A DNA stretch of 64,000 bases, taken from the NCBI GenBank assembly GCA_043228905.1, contig JBHGNT010000003.1:24180001-24244000 (forward strand). Direction: 5' to 3'. Below, piece after piece: positions 25,437 to 40,700 of the stretch. Both the position numbers and the translations under genes were made by a program. Position 1 is the first letter of the stretch, and each line of letters begins with the position of its first letter. Under the pieces are notes generated by a model. It was not told the origin of the DNA. It worked only from the letters and a program-made list of their open reading frames with translations, and ran no database searches. This DNA comes from Azolla caroliniana (taxonomy: Eukaryota > Plantae > Polypodiophyta).

Positions 25437-26645
25437 CTAGATGACATGCCATATATTTTAAACCCTAGATTGAACAATCTGTTTGTATTTCAAACCTCAT
25501 CGTCGAGGATATCAAATACTACATTAAGTGATTAATCGGTTTCTTAGTCATTTAATCAAGCAAGAATAACACATTTCAATATCATTATTTAATTGATGAC
25601 TACATCTAAGTTAAGAGTTATACAAGCTGATATCCCGACTCCCAAGTATCTTTCCCTAAAATGTTTAATTAATGACATAAATGCATACATGCGTGTAGAA
25701 GGTCATCGATTTGAATGTGTAACTTAGTATATTAGCAATTCTAATTCCAGTTCATGTACACAAACAAAGTTAATGAATTAAATATTAACACTAGAATAGT
25801 GCACCCCATTTTCCATGATCTACTAGATTTATGTGTGTAACCCAGATTTAATGATTTACGTGGGTCCAAGGGAATTTGTAACTTGATCGCTTACTTTTGA
25901 AACTAATAGAGATTTGTTTGCCTCATGCAATTCTAAACCCTAAACCCTAAACTTCCATCAACTCAATCAACATCCCGATGATACAACCCAATAAATTACA
26001 ATGATGTGATATACTCTTTATAAGCAAGGTTAATGTAATGTTCACCCCAAGATTGGTCCCTAATACCTATAATTGAGACACTGGAAGATTATCTAATTTT
26101 ATTAGGGCAAGCTTCATTTCATTGAGATTTCATTATAGTTCCTAGTGTCCCACTTGAAGGGGTACTGATGCACAAGACTATATATATATTATGAGACCAG
26201 ATTGTGGCTCTGACCATAACAAATGTCATAGAGCTATAAAATTGTCCTAAATTAAACATCAAATTTGACCACAAATCACCTTATATATTAGTAGCGATCG
26301 ATACATTGGCCCATTAATAACAAAACAAAAGAGTTATTTTTAACGGTGAACAATTCCACAATCCTACAAGATATTGGTTTGGAGTGCATTAAAGTGAGGC
26401 TCCACATTGAGATTTGCATTGGTGATTGGGTAAACACAAACGGAATAGACTCCCGAAACGAGGGAATTGGGCGATTGAAGGAGGATACAGATAGAGTGGG
26501 GAATCAGACATGGGTTCGATTGATTTAGCAGACATCTGCACCTCCCCAAGATCCATCATAGTTATATAAGTCAAGGAATCAAATACAAATACTACTACTA
26601 TTTATGATGAAAGAAGAGAGAGAGAGAGAGAGAGATTTTACATAC

Positions 26646-26914
26646 CTGAGAATGGGTCGAGGTCCCCGAGAGAGTAGTTTTTATTTGTTTTGTTCCTGTT
26701 CATTGCTCCTCGCAAAACTACTAGCATTTTGAGATATTCTCTAAAATAGGCCTTTTCAAGGCCAATTCTGCAATTTTCCGAAACCTTCGATTTGAACTTG
26801 GAAAACACTCACACACACAGTATTTTTATGAAAGAAGAAAGTCGCCCTTCTTCTTCTTCTTCTTCTTCTTCTTCTTTGTCGTCGTCTTCATCTCTCTGTG
26901 CGGATTTCCGTGAG
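26646..26914. promoter_or_regulatory. Putative bidirectional promoter and first non-coding exons of the PPR (minus) and WEB (plus) genes
   Basis: Minus-strand donor CTCAG|GTATGT at ~26646 and plus-strand donor GTGAG|GTATGA at ~26915. (AG)n and (CTT)n tracts flank them as in plant 5'UTRs. Confidence 0.45.
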
Positions 26915-29900
26915 GTATGATCCCTGCTTTCCCTGTCAAATGAAAATGATTATACGAAATTCGATAACTGTACGTAGAATCTATGTTGAAAACCAATGGT
27001 AGATAGATAGATAGAGAAGTGTGTTTTATGCTGTATGTGCTTATGTATACCTCTTTCTCTCTACGTTTTTATCTGTTTATAGCAAATTTTTTATGTAAGG
27101 TAATTCATTCTAACCTCCATTTTTTATTGATCTACATGTTTTCTTCCTGCCTTTGTATGGGTGTTCTATGCATAGGTTATTTATCCTGTACTTGTTTTAT
27201 TCATCCTTCCCTTCTATTGTGTGCTTGACATGTACGCTTATATTAATCTGTACTTCCTTTATTCCGTCTTCTTTTACACGTATTTTATGTATAGGGTTAT
27301 GGATCTACGCTTGTTTTATTCAGTCTTCCTAGATTTGGATTATTCTACCCTTTTGCGTTTAATGCTTTAGTCTCAAAATATCTTGTTTTATTTTATTTTT
27401 GTATATATAGTTTTATGTATAAGAGTTTCAATTCTTTGTTTTGTGTTTTCAGGAAAAAAATATCAAATTCTATTGCGCATATAAGGTAAAGATGGGTATA
27501 TACATCTTTTAACATCTGTATCAAATTTCCATTGTGGTATTTATCTGTTACTTGGGAAAAATAAGATTATATATTTGTCTGTGAAAAACATATTCTTCTT
27601 TTTCCAATGAAAGAGAATTAATTTCTGTTCCGTGTGTAAGGTATATTTTTCTATACTGCTTTCGACATCTGTGGCAAAAATTGAAACTTTCGCTGCTTTC
27701 TCTCTGCCTTCCATCAAGCTCAATCTTGAAGTTCCTACTTCTAGCATGCACTATTCTTTCGTTCTTTATCTTCTTTATTTTGAGGGTTTCTGTGTTCATT
27801 CAATCCATGCTGAGTAAATGGATCCTGACCCCATGGTAGTGGACACATGAGATGAATTCAAAGCTCCAAAACTCGGGGCCTGGACTAGCAGTGAGCAAGT
27901 GGTTTATTTGGAGACAGCATGAAAAATCTTACCAGCCCTGATAAATGAATACAATGTGTGAACACTTGACACCTGAACCATATGCTTGTCCTTAATGGAA
28001 CGAAACAAAAATTTGCACCGGTTCTGCATGGCTATCATCAGCTCGTGCCATGGGACGTTTTTGGTTAACTTTTGTGACAACCGAAACCCTCATTCTGTGT
28101 TGTGGCTTGACTGCTTGCTTGGTTACGTTTTTGTAGTTTTGTTGGTTTCCCATCCCAGCTTTTCTTGAATGCTGTTGGTGAGCAAAACAAATGCTAGTGA
28201 GCATTACATAGAAAACCTTCAAGAGATTTACTGTCCATCCTGATTCCTAACCAATCTGCCAGTCTCCCTATTCAAAGTAAGTTTTGAATGACTTTCGGAG
28301 CAATAGGTGAGAGAAACCAATTGCTTGCTTGGGGGGTGGAAGAATGAGCACATTAATTACAGCAATGGAAGCCCTGGCAAGAAGTTACACTGTTACTGCA
28401 AACACTACTAATGAAGAGGCTATTGGACATCATCAAACTCATGTTTTCACCTTTTCATTTGACTGAACGAATCAGCAAGACTGCATAATCTTTCTGAATT
28501 TTGAAATTTCAGTATTCAATCCTTTGAAATCTGAAGTGGCATTGAAGGTTATTGTATAGTAATCCATGAATCTACTAGGTAGTTTGGAGTAATATCACTT
28601 GTGAATGTATTTCATTCTCCTTTTCTTCCAAGAATGTAAGCTGTTACACTTCCTGCCAGCAATTGCAACTAAGTGCACCTTGTGTCCATCTAGCAAACTT
28701 TTCACCTCTCTGTTGTCTGGAAGAAGTGGCATAGTCAACGGTCAATCCCTTTCCTTAAACCTTTCCTCCCTCCCCCTCCCTAGGTGATCTAATGCAAGTT
28801 GTCGGGGTAGTGACATGCTTGTATGGTTAGAAGAGGACCAGCTTATGCGGATCCTGTTGATTTGTGGAAATGAAGCATCATGCCTTATTCCGAATATGCT
28901 TTTACAGAAGTATCATTATTTTCCATCTAAATGGTTTTGTATGTACTAAGTGATTGCTTAAGGACCTTAGACAGATAGTTGCAAGGAATCAAGTGTTCCA
29001 TAACCAATGAGAAAAGTCACTGGTAGAGGGCACTTCAGCAATCATGTGCTGTAACTGGCTGACAGTATCATCACACTGAATGTAATTTTATCTATGGTGA
29101 TTTAGTTTCATGTCTGTAGTGGTAATGGTGGACTGACACTGTTTCTAACTCCACCCTATCAAAAAATGTATAAAGGAGTCTCCAGTTTGCGGAAGAGTCA
29201 TCAGGATATTGGCATTACTAATTCTGATGACATTTTGGAAATTGTTGTGTTATATGTACATCTTTCAGCATCTGTGACAAACATTGATAGTTTTTCATCT
29301 GCCACTTCAAAATATTTTTGTTCTCACTCTACTTTTTTATGTATGCTTTATATATGAGGTTATCTGTTTTTGTGTACAAGACACCAAACCTTTTTTTATC
29401 TTTGGAAAAGCTAAAGCTTTCCTATTTTCTTTTTGGTTGTGTGTAAGGTTATCTGTTTTTTGTATTTGAATTTTCTGTTTTCATTCTCTTAAACACATAA
29501 TGGAAAAAATTACAGAAAAAGTGTTGTAGATTGTCTTGATTCCAAGATATAGCAGAATTGATTAGAATGAACAGGTTTAACCGATAGAAATAAGAACTTT
29601 TCCTAATGATACTGGGGTTTTTAATAGACAATTCTTTGTCCAGTGCCAAGCCCAATGAGGTTTTCTACTTTTACACCGTAAAATGTCGATAGAATTGGAC
29701 GAATCCAAATCCTCTACTAATGGAAACATCTTCTTGTTCCTCCATTCTTCATTTATTTTTGTTTTTCTCCTTCCTCTTGTGGTGATGTAAATATGAACCT
29801 CTCACTGGTTGGATCCCTCCCCTTCCAACGAGTACTTTTTCCCTCTTCTATTCACTTCATAATTTTTAATCCTTGTTGAATGAGAAAGAACGAAAAGCTG

Positions 29901-30484
29901 TCTAGCTTGTATGCATAGTTGTTCATTGTAGATGTGGGTAAAAAAAGAATCCCTGTAAAAAAAGAAATTCACTAAAACAAGGTGGAACTAACATGAAAGA
30001 TTGCGGAGAATGTACTATTAAATGATTTACAAAAAAACACAGAAAGAAAATGAAGATTTATCTTTCATAGAAGGCTATCTAAAACCAAGGATTTATCTTT
30101 CTCTTTTGGTAGTGGGTTAAGTGTTCATATTTTTTTCTCCTTTTTGCCTTTGTACTAATGCCAAATTTTCTTATGAGCAAATATTGGGAGACAGAAATCG
30201 GATGAACTACATATATGATGACTTGTCAACTTTCACAACATCAAATGCTGAATGTTGTGGAAGTTGAAAATCTTTGTATCTTCTTTTGCACTACATTAGC
30301 TAGTGGAAACATTTGACCTAGAAGATCTACCTTCCCTTTGTCTGCTTTAATGATACCTCTCTATCCTTTTTTGCAGTGCATTACTGTGTGAGATACTCTG
30401 ACTTACGGGTTCAAAAAGGTTTTTAATTTTAGTTGAACAAACAGAGGTATAAAAAATATATTGAAACTGAAATCTACAGGAACG

Positions 30485-32609
30485 ATGCAAACCACTATTT
30501 CCAAGGAGAGGGTGGAGATAGATACCAGCCTCCCGTTTGCATCAGTGAAGGCTGCAGTGAGCTTATTTGGCGAAAAACTTCAGTCACAAAAACCTAAATT
30601 ACATGAGGTACATTTTCCCACTAAGATTTTTTAGTTTTAGTGTCAAAATTTTGTTGAAATAAAGTTCCAAGTCTCTTTTCTTTGGAGGGCCTGAAATTTT
30701 ATGACTACTAAGGATTTTAAGAGCATTACGCTTTAGCTTCTAAATACATCTTGACATATTGGGACAGAAACGGAAGGATATCGAGCTGAAACAGGAGTTA
30801 GCGAAGCTTCAATGGCAACTAGCAAAAGAAGAGAAAAGGAAAGAGATGGCATTGCATGACTTAGATCAGGCAAAAAAATTGTTAGAGCACATGAAGCATA
30901 TAAGAGTTGAGCCAGGTAGCTCTAAGGAAGATGTAAAAGAGTGTTTTGCAGTTGTCAAGAATGAGGATAAGAGGGAACAAACTGGACCCGAGGAGGAAGA
31001 AAAGCATGTAGTATGGGAGAGACAATCAAGAGCCCCGAAAGAAGAACCTTCCATTACTGTAGAAGATTCTGATTTGGAAATCTTGATACAAAATCTTGGA
31101 GAGATGAAGTCAGAGCTTTTGGCAACTGAAAAGGAAAGAGATGTTGCATTGGGACATGTTGAAAATGCCTTGGATTTGATACAGCTAAAAACACAGAAGG
31201 CTGAAGATCTTAAGAAAGATGTGGCCAGCATAAATGAATCTTTAGTTTCGTTAAAACTCTCTTGTATAAGAGCAAACAAAGAGAAGGTTAGTCTTTTGGA
31301 AGATAAGAACGTTGGCATGCGGACAGGTACTGAATTAGAACTAGCTAATGAGGAACTTAGAAAAGCAGAGTTGGAACATAAGCTTGCAGAAGCTATGAAG
31401 GAAATGGGAGAAATTCAAGCAGAAGTGGCATCTGTGAAAGAAAATGAAGCCAATGCAGTTGCTTCAGTGAAAGATGCTGTAAGAACATTGGAAGATCTAA
31501 GATTAGAACTACAAAGTACAAAAATTTCCAATGAAAGTTCATCATCTTCTCTTTTCACACTGTCTAATGAACTCGAAGAAGTGAAGGTGAACCTCCAGAA
31601 AGAGCTCAATAATATTACTGATTTATCTGCTATGAAGAAATCACTATTGCATGATTTAGAAACAATGAAAAACGAATTGAAAAGTGTGAAAGAAAGAGAG
31701 GCGAATGCCACATCAGCAGCCTCTATACTATCTCGTGAACTTTCAAGGATTAAAAGTGAGTTGCCCTCTGCAATAGAAGCAGAGACTAGAGCAAATGAGT
31801 CTATAGTGGCTCTATCACACGCATTCGAGCAAGTCAAAGCAGAAGCAGAAGAAGCAAAAATGGAAGCTGAATCTCTTCTCAATGAAGCAATCAAGGCAAA
31901 TGATGAAGCTGAGAAAGCCAAAAGTGGTAGAGAAAATGCAGAGATCTTGTTGAAGAAAGCTTTGCTAGAATGTGATGTAGCAATGGCAGCAGAAAGAGAT
32001 GCAATTGATAAAGTTAAGTCTTTGTCTATGAAAACTTATGCCTCAAGAGCTTCTGGGGTTGAATCTGGTGTTGGGATTACTATATCTAATGATGAATATG
32101 AGTCTTTGAAGAGAAAAGTTCACGAAGCCGAGGAACTTGCTAATATGAGAGTAGCTGCAGCAATGGCACAGGTCGAAGCTGTAAGAGCAAGTGAAGAGGA
32201 AATATTGCATAAACTAACAATGGCAACTGAAGATATGGAAAACGTTAGAAATATGATCAAAGAAGCTTCCCGTCGACTAGAGATGGCTGAGGGAGCAAAG
32301 TCAGCAGTAGAGAGTGAATTGAAGAGATTAAGAGAAAGAGAACAAAAATGGAGAGAGAAGGAGATTGCCATAGCTTCTCAGCAGCAATTCTATATGAGAA
32401 ATGGAAATGAAGGAAGACCGTCATTATCACTTAGTAATACTCCGCCTACCTCAGGCCCATTAGGACATCTTATGAGTGGAGAATTGCCCATGGTCAGACA
32501 TGATGAACATATTCTTAGAACAGAGAAGAAGCAACCGATACTCAATTCTTTTGGTTCTTACCTCTCAAGGAGGAAGAGCTTCTCAAGCAGCAGGTCGTTA
32601 AAACGCTGA
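30485..32609 (+). CDS. WEB family (DUF827) coiled-coil protein; 2 coding exons (30485-30607, 30768-32609), about 654 aa
   Basis: N-terminal signature EIDTSLPFASVKAAVSLFGE in a short exon missed by the ORF track. Long coiled coil. ITISNDEYESLKRK...RVAAAMAQVEAVRASE motif. Confidence 0.92.
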
Positions 32610-33293
32610 GCATGATTATGTGGTTTCGAAGATTGTTTGCGGTATAATGTATATTGTAAATAAAAAGCATGGATTCAGAAAAGCTTTAAAACACCGACCC
32701 AGGTTTTATTCTCATTTTGTGTGTTAATAGTTCTACTCTATTTCTTCATCATCATTGAAAGGCATCTGTTATGTAAATATTTTGCCAATGTGCACATGTT
32801 GCTATTTTGAAGTTAGAACATTCATTCATGCACAATATGTTGCAATATATATCTTTGCTCTACATGGCCTGTAAAAGTTAGCTCTTATGCAACTATATAT
32901 TTTTCAAAACCATCCCTTCATCCATGCATGATAATCTGTAAGTTCATAATCTGTTAGGAGACTGAGTGGATTGTGGGTTGTTTAAAGTGTCTGCTGGGGT
33001 ATATTTTCTTTTACGGTTGACATTTAAAGTTGATTGCAGAATGGAATAATGATTTTGAAATCTTGGAAATTTGACAACCTTTGGTCATCAATCAAATGGG
33101 GAAAATCCTGTAGTCGTCATTTGTAAAAATGTTTTTTAGCTTAGTATTTTTGTAGCAGTTCCAGTGAATTGTTTTAGATCTGTAATCTTCTTTTAAAGGA
33201 AAAGTGAACAGATGCCATAATAATAAAGAACTCCTAGGTTGAAGTGAACACAAATACTATGAATTATAAGCTGCTGTGTTGAAGCTGAACTCA

Positions 33294-33294
<1 letters not shown>

Positions 33295-33327
<33 letters not shown>
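33295..33327. repeat. (TAA)n microsatellite
   Basis: taataataa run. Confidence 0.95.
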
Positions 33328-34796
33328 GCGTCCTATTGTAGTTGAAAAGATAATTAAGCTCCCCTTTTGATGCTCAAACGATCTAAAAGCGCTTACCTAG
33401 GTATCATTGGGCTCAGACTTCGGGTTGCTTAACACCAAAAATATATCACTGTGGAGACACCTAACTGCTTGCAAGGGTGTATAACCTAGAACATGCATAG
33501 CCAGTTCGTCATCCTTGGGCTGAGATTAGATGACCCCGTCCATATTCACTTCCCTCCTATGAATTGCATGACACGTTTTATTCACGTTTTACAGTAGCAC
33601 ATGACACGTGAATAACACATGGGCCCACCTCGCTGTGGCATTTACAGTAAAATGTGGCTGGCCAGATCAGTACAGGCATAATTCCTCGAATCATTAATCC
33701 ATTTTGTATCTGTGTCATGCATTTTGGATTATTTATTCCCTGCAACATATTTCCTTCATATTATCCTCGTTAACAGCATCAATCCATTTCACAACTATTT
33801 ATTACATTTGGATTATTTATTCCCTACACCAAGCTTTGAATCCTTCAGTGACATTTTCTTGAAGATATTTCTTGCCCATCAAATATTTGAAGTCAATACA
33901 CACTCAAATAGCCACATGAACTAATAATTGCTCTCCTTGTAGGCATGGCATATAAATACATAGGAACTGACGAACTGTCTTTGGTAAGCAAAACTGGCAA
34001 TGTTGACTATGTACACAATAGGCAAGATTTGCTTGGAACTACCTGTTGTGATGAAAAGCACAAAATTCAAACTTTATTTTCAGGTTCAGCATTTTAACAC
34101 ACAAAGAGGCATGAATCGTAGAACAAACTGAAATACTGTTTCACAGAATGAAACTAGCATTTACACAGCAAAGAGTCATGCATGACTCACTGAACAACCA
34201 ATTGCTTCGAACTACCCAACTTTTCAGACACCATACAATTATAATGACAACGAACTCAATTAAATCAATTCAATGATATATCGTCAGGAACATGGCTTGA
34301 CAAATTGATTTAGCTTTTTACCCTGCATCAACATTATTTAGTTTCTAGCTATGACAATAATCACCATCCCCATTCTCTAGATGGTGGAATTTGGAAGATG
34401 AAAATAACATTTCTTTTAGTTTTTACTAAAAACTAATATATTTTCAGGATTCTGATCACAGATTCAAACTTTCATAATATATCCCATCAAAACAAAATTA
34501 TTTTCCTACCAATTCTGTAACAGGAGGTGCCTCTTTTATGACTTCATGTAGCCTATGCATGTATTCCAATGTTCTATGACTTCTGTAACAGGGCAAGGAC
34601 ACAGTGATATGCACATTACCTCACTCGCCTTTACAAACATCTTCCGGAAAATCTTAGTTCTTCACATTCAAAATATTTCATTGGGAGTTTTACAACATGA
34701 AATAACTTCTAATTAATGGCTTCAAGCAAAACTATATCACACATTTGTAGTTGAAAATCTGGGCGAGAACATAAGAATGTATACATAGCCCAAACC

Positions 34797-37700
34797 TCAT
34801 TCTTTCAGAAGCATTTTCCGGAAATCTTGGTTTGATTTTGGTTCATCATCTTGCTTTCCTACATTGGATGGTCTTTGTTGAGAAAACCCCAGCGGTCTAA
34901 TAATCGCACGAGGTGCAGCAAAAGTATTCTTTCCTACTAACTGCACATGCCCTCCACGTCGGTGTGATAAAACACTTGTTCTACCACCGCGACCTCTCCC
35001 TCGAGAACTTTGTGTATACTTAACCTTCTCTTCTTTCTTTCCATGTATCTCCTTCTCTTCATGATCTTCCCTATCTTGTTTCTTTATATTATCTTCACCA
35101 TCATGATCCTGATGTGGCTGCACTCCAGTAGCTACAAAAGTTGGCATAATAATAATAGACTGTGAGATGAAATTTAGGGCTTTGATAAAAACAACAGATT
35201 GTGATGAAATGATTATATGAACTTGACAAATATGCCAAAATACCCATACAATTTCACAGAACTTAACAAAAATACCCCTCGTGGGTTTAAAGTTCCCAAA
35301 ATACTCGCAAATTATTTCTATCTTTACGATCTCTCCCTCTACCTATTACATATTTATATAGAGAAAGAATCTGTAGGAAGAGAATTTGTTGAGAGGAGAA
35401 TTTTGAAGAACGAGTAGTATTTTGGGTAATCTGACAAATACATGGTATTTTTGTAAACTTCCTTGGCATCAACTTTAACCGTTTGTCAATGTTAATACTT
35501 ACCATCATGGCGTTTACTAGTGACTGGACCCTTCCTTGCATTTCCAGATGGATCTGAGCGAAGAACCTTTACTTTAGAACCTCTTAATTTATTGTTGTCT
35601 TTTAAGACTGCTGCACACAGCCCTTCTTCATTTTCAAAATCTACATAAGCAAAACACTGCCCCAAAGAAATAAAATTAGCTATTATTTTACGAGTTTCCA
35701 ATGGGGAATGTTTTCTTTGTGAGCTTGACTTCTTTTTTTTACCTAGATTCTTGAGTTCTTTTTTTGAAAAAGGCTACGAAATAGGGGGGAAGGGGGCAGA
35801 TCATAGTGCAAAAGAACCAAGGAGAAAAGCAAAGTTACCTAAAGAAAACAAGGGTCAAGATGTATGCCTGAAAGAAAGCTCACAAAAACTAGGTAAACAA
35901 AAAAGCTCGCCAGGCCAAGCTCACAAAAGAAACTATACCACATATGGGAGTAAATAATCAAGTGATTGATAAAATATTTACTCTTGAAATGCCAGTTTTC
36001 CGATCCTTCATGAGCCGAACAGCTTTGACGGTGCCACAACTAGCAAAAAAGTTCCAAAGGTCCTCTTCATTTACCTGGAAAAATAATTAATCAAACTTAT
36101 TGAATAAAACCTCGAAACTGCTTGAAGAAGCTAATCTGAGAGCCCAAACCTCTGGTGCCAATCGATGGACAAATGCTGTACATTGATCAGTATATCGGTT
36201 TTTCTCCTTTGATTCAAGACCCACTTGCATTTTAGATTCCTCATGAACTGATTTGTCTCCATCTAATGCATCAACATTTTTCACTTCAGTTATTCTAGGT
36301 CGTTTATTGGAAGATTCATCTGCCTCTTTAAGATTTCGCTTCTGTTTAGCAACTGTATTTTTCAAGACTTTGTCAGCTTCTCGTCCAGCTATAAGTTTTG
36401 CCTCTTGCTGTTGTTGGTATTGTTTCAACTCCTGCAATCTGGGCATTACCTGAGGATGTACATAATTTGAAGAAAAACTTTGAGAACAAGTTCATCAACG
36501 AAAGAAAAAATACTAGTAATCAAGCACCACCTTCATAACAGCACGATCATAATCTTCTAGAGAACCATATTCTCTCTCAAAACGCAACCATGTCTCACAA
36601 ATAACCTAATTAGAAAATAGAGAAAAAGAAATATAAATATATTCAAAGGAATCTTTTTATGTTTTCAAGGAGTCGAGCACATCTGTATTAGCAAACTCTT
36701 ACCTCAGAACCATTTCCGTCGAGCCTTCTATTGTAACATCTCTTATATATTGTGCGAGCTTCTGCATGATTCCCCAGCCCAATCTCCATGGCAATATATG
36801 ATTTCCAGACTTTGGCCGTCGATCCGCTATCACAAGAAATATCCTTTATCAGAATTCTTTTTCAACAGTATGAATCCATATAGGCATAAACAATTCCTTA
36901 ATAAAGATAAAACCTTGACTTGATGAGACTCTCAAAAATTCCACGAGCCGCAGCCACATTCTTTGCAAGGGATATTTCAAGCCATGCCCAATAAGAATGC
37001 AGCCTCAAAGATCTATCAACAAATCCTGGGAAATATGAGGAAAGAAACTGGTCGGCTTGCTGTAACGGAAGACAAATTTAAGAAAGGGTTAGAACCAGTA
37101 GTTTATCCATAACGAAAATACAGGACTTGCAAAGATCAAGTACAGTGAAAATGTCTCGTAAGCAATCTAAATAAGATTGTTTATTAGCCCCATCAGGTAA
37201 TCCACAGATCCTCCGACGGATCCCATCCACTCGAGTAAGATAGTGATCAAGATACTGTACATATTGAAGAAGGTAAAGGGTATCAGTAATCAGCAAATTC
37301 AGACTAAATATGTGCACTTTATACAACACAAGAAAAACTTTTACAATACCTCTTCAGGAGACGAAAAAGAAAATCCTGAATTTAATGATCGTTCAAATAC
37401 CTGCAGAGGGAATATTGAATTCAAATATGCAACATGAAGTTTCAGTAAAAGAAGCTAAAAGTTCTGATTGGCTATATTACAGAACTCTACAAAACATGAC
37501 GCTCTCCTTGTAAGGCCTTGTATAATAAATTTATAATATCTATTACAATGATTGATAATAAAAAATCATATAGACATTTACAAAACTCCAGGAGAGCTCA
37601 TTAAATTGTTTAAATAGAAGTAAACTAATGCATCTTCAAATTCCACTTACCTCCGCAATGTCAGAATCATCAGAGTTAGCACGTTCAAGGGCAAGCATAT

Positions 37701-40700
37701 AGCTACTCCATAGAACCTGCATCCAGGGACAGTTCCGAACAGCTCTTCCATAGACATTCAAAATTACCTTAGAACCCTGTAGACAAAGAGAAAGAGGAAG
37801 ACGTTAAAGTATGCTCTAAATTAAACTGGACTAAATCCTGAATCAGTGTACCTTAAGGTTTTTTTCCACATAATCAGTGTACTTCAGCCAGAGATCATGA
37901 GTAATTGGAAAATCTGCCACTGCACGTTCATATAGTACTTGTGCACGGGCAGGATCCCCTGTTGCTTCTTCTAATGTAATATATGTCTACATCCAAACAT
38001 AATGCGAAGGATATTCAAGTATCAGTATCCATGGCCCATATATAGTAAAAGGAACAGTTAAGCAAGAGAGCACAAGACCAACAACGCAAGCAAGAAAACT
38101 TGCCAAATAATTTTGCAGACATTCAGCATCTTTTTGCTTCTGTTCTGATATTTTTTCTTCAAATGTTTCACGTAAAGAGCACATTTCAAGGGCTTTCTTG
38201 TATGCAGTAGCTACGTGTAATGGTAAACCAGCTAACTCATTTGAATCGTCACCGATTTTTACATCATGTTGAGATTCCCATTCAGAATAATCTTTTAGAG
38301 CACTCTTACTATCATGCAATGGTACAGAGAGCTGCCTCCGAAAAAGATTGCGTATACAGTTCACTTGTTTTTCTCTAAGCTGTAAAGCTACCACAATGAT
38401 TCAGTGTACAGTCCACCTTAGTTATAAAAACACAGATGTAAAACCAGACACAAGAACTCGCATGATACCTCATTCGTAGCATCTGGCATATTATTTAGTA
38501 AATCTATTTCAAACTGACGATACAGTCCCCAAATCTTTGATGCTTCTGTGAAATGCAGACCTGCAGAAGCAAGCGCTCGTTCAAAAAGGTCCCTCATTTT
38601 GGAAACTCCTTCAGTATTGCGTTCCACAACATCTTGATCGTGACTCTTCTTGAATTCCAGGTAATCCAACCAAAGTGGAACTGACTGCATGAGAAACACA
38701 CATCAAAAGTCATCTTTTCAATAACTGAGAGAAATGTGAGTAAAATAAGACTAGACAGCATAAATTCACCAGATAATCTTGGAGGCCTCTATCATATATC
38801 TTCTCAACAGCAGCAACATCCTGACAGCTGGAAAAACAAATACATATAAACCCTAAAATATAGTGTGGCTTTATAAGCATATGACCAGTGGTGCAATACG
38901 GATTTTACATAACTCCTCTCGTGAAGAATAGCAGATGATAACACAATACCCACATCCACAAGCACGAATTGTTCATTGCTTTGTGTTATTTCTTCCACAA
39001 ACCATTTGATAAAACATGATTAACTTTAATAAAGGGCCAAGGCTGACACCATACAGTGTTATTGGAGATCACATGGCTATACTTGATAGGGTTGGTTGGA
39101 TGCTTAGTGAGGAATCTATACTTGGATACATATGTTCTTTTTAGAAAGACTGTTATTATACACATCATAGATTGACACATGCGTGATATTTTCAATATTC
39201 GAGAATACAAAATGGCCCCAAGAATATTATAAAACCATTCGTTTTACAAAAATATATAAAATATTAATTAATTCATTTTTTTATTTAAATAAATTTAGTT
39301 CACTAAAAAAGAACAATCATTCATTAACAAATTATATACATATGATTAGTATTAACTCTCTTTTATAGTGTCAAATAAAAAATGGGGAAGTTTATGAACC
39401 TTTCTTTTAATTAATTAAATCTTTTTAAAAAACGAATATTTGTATATTTATTATAGAAATATGATTAGTATGAAGTCCAATTTTTAATATCAAAATAAAA
39501 ATATCTATAATTTTTGAGAGAATAAAAAGTGAGGAATTAATGAACCTTTATTGTATTTTTTTTATTTATTAAAAATAAAACGAATACTTTTATATTTATT
39601 ATAAAAATTTCTTAGTGTCAAGTCCCTCTTAATGTTCCTTTTTATAGTCCCTCTTTTAATGTTCCTTTTTATTGTGAAGTCCCTTTTTTTTTATCCTAGT
39701 AAACTAAAAAAGGAGGGAGTTCTTAGACTCTCTTTTTTTTTTTTGGAATAAACAAATACTTGACCATGCATTCGTATGCGTATTCGTATGCATTCGAATG
39801 GGAAACCCCACGAATGCGAATATGTCAATCTATGATACACATAAATCCCTTAACAAGGAATGACAAAAGTTAACTGAAGCATTGTTGCATGCTCTAGCAA
39901 AACAAGAGACCTGCAGATATGGCAAACTTTTGCTTTTGCTTTTTTAAATGTTTTACACCTAATCTCATGATAGTAATTGTTATGAGACCTTTCAAATTAT
40001 CCCGAGGTGTGGATGTGGCCTCACAATCAGGCAGAGGATACACAAATTTATTGTTGTCTTGCCCACTTGCACACCTTGGGATGACTCAGGGAATGCCCAC
40101 AAATTTATTGTTGTGTGTCTAAGCCCACACAATGGGACATCTCAGAGTCGTCTCACGACAATTATGATGGCCCGAAAACTTTGGCTATAATGGCACTAGA
40201 CCAAACCCTTATCTTGGGAATCAAGAGATCTTATGGGTAGTAATCGACTACAAGCACATAGAGAGCCAAAACATGAAAATCTCAGTAGCTGAAGGGTATC
40301 AACCCTATGTTCCACAAGAATGGATCAGCTCACTAGGTGAAGTACAATGGAGACAATACGAGAAGCTAAAACTCTTCAGTATGAAGGGCCTAGATGTACA
40401 AAACTTTGATGAGGCACAGGCATCAAATGCTGGAAAATCTGTGTGGTATTACGTTTAGCATAATATCCCTATATTGATAACACCAAATTTGAGACTGACC
40501 CAAGTTTTGTGCAAGAGAAAATAGATAAGAATTAAGCAAATGAAGATAAATACTAGGAATGTTTTATAATACTCCTCAAACTCATGAAGCCAATTCATTG
40601 TGTCAAGCATTTCTCAATTTTTCTAACACATTAATATTTAATTACTTCTAGGAGGCCAAAATACAGTTAAATTTTATAGTGATGTTCATAATGCAGAAAA

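Noticed and set aside
30866-32371. Minus-strand ORFs (150, 168 and 83 aa)
   Set aside because: Antisense shadows of the WEB coiled-coil CDS.
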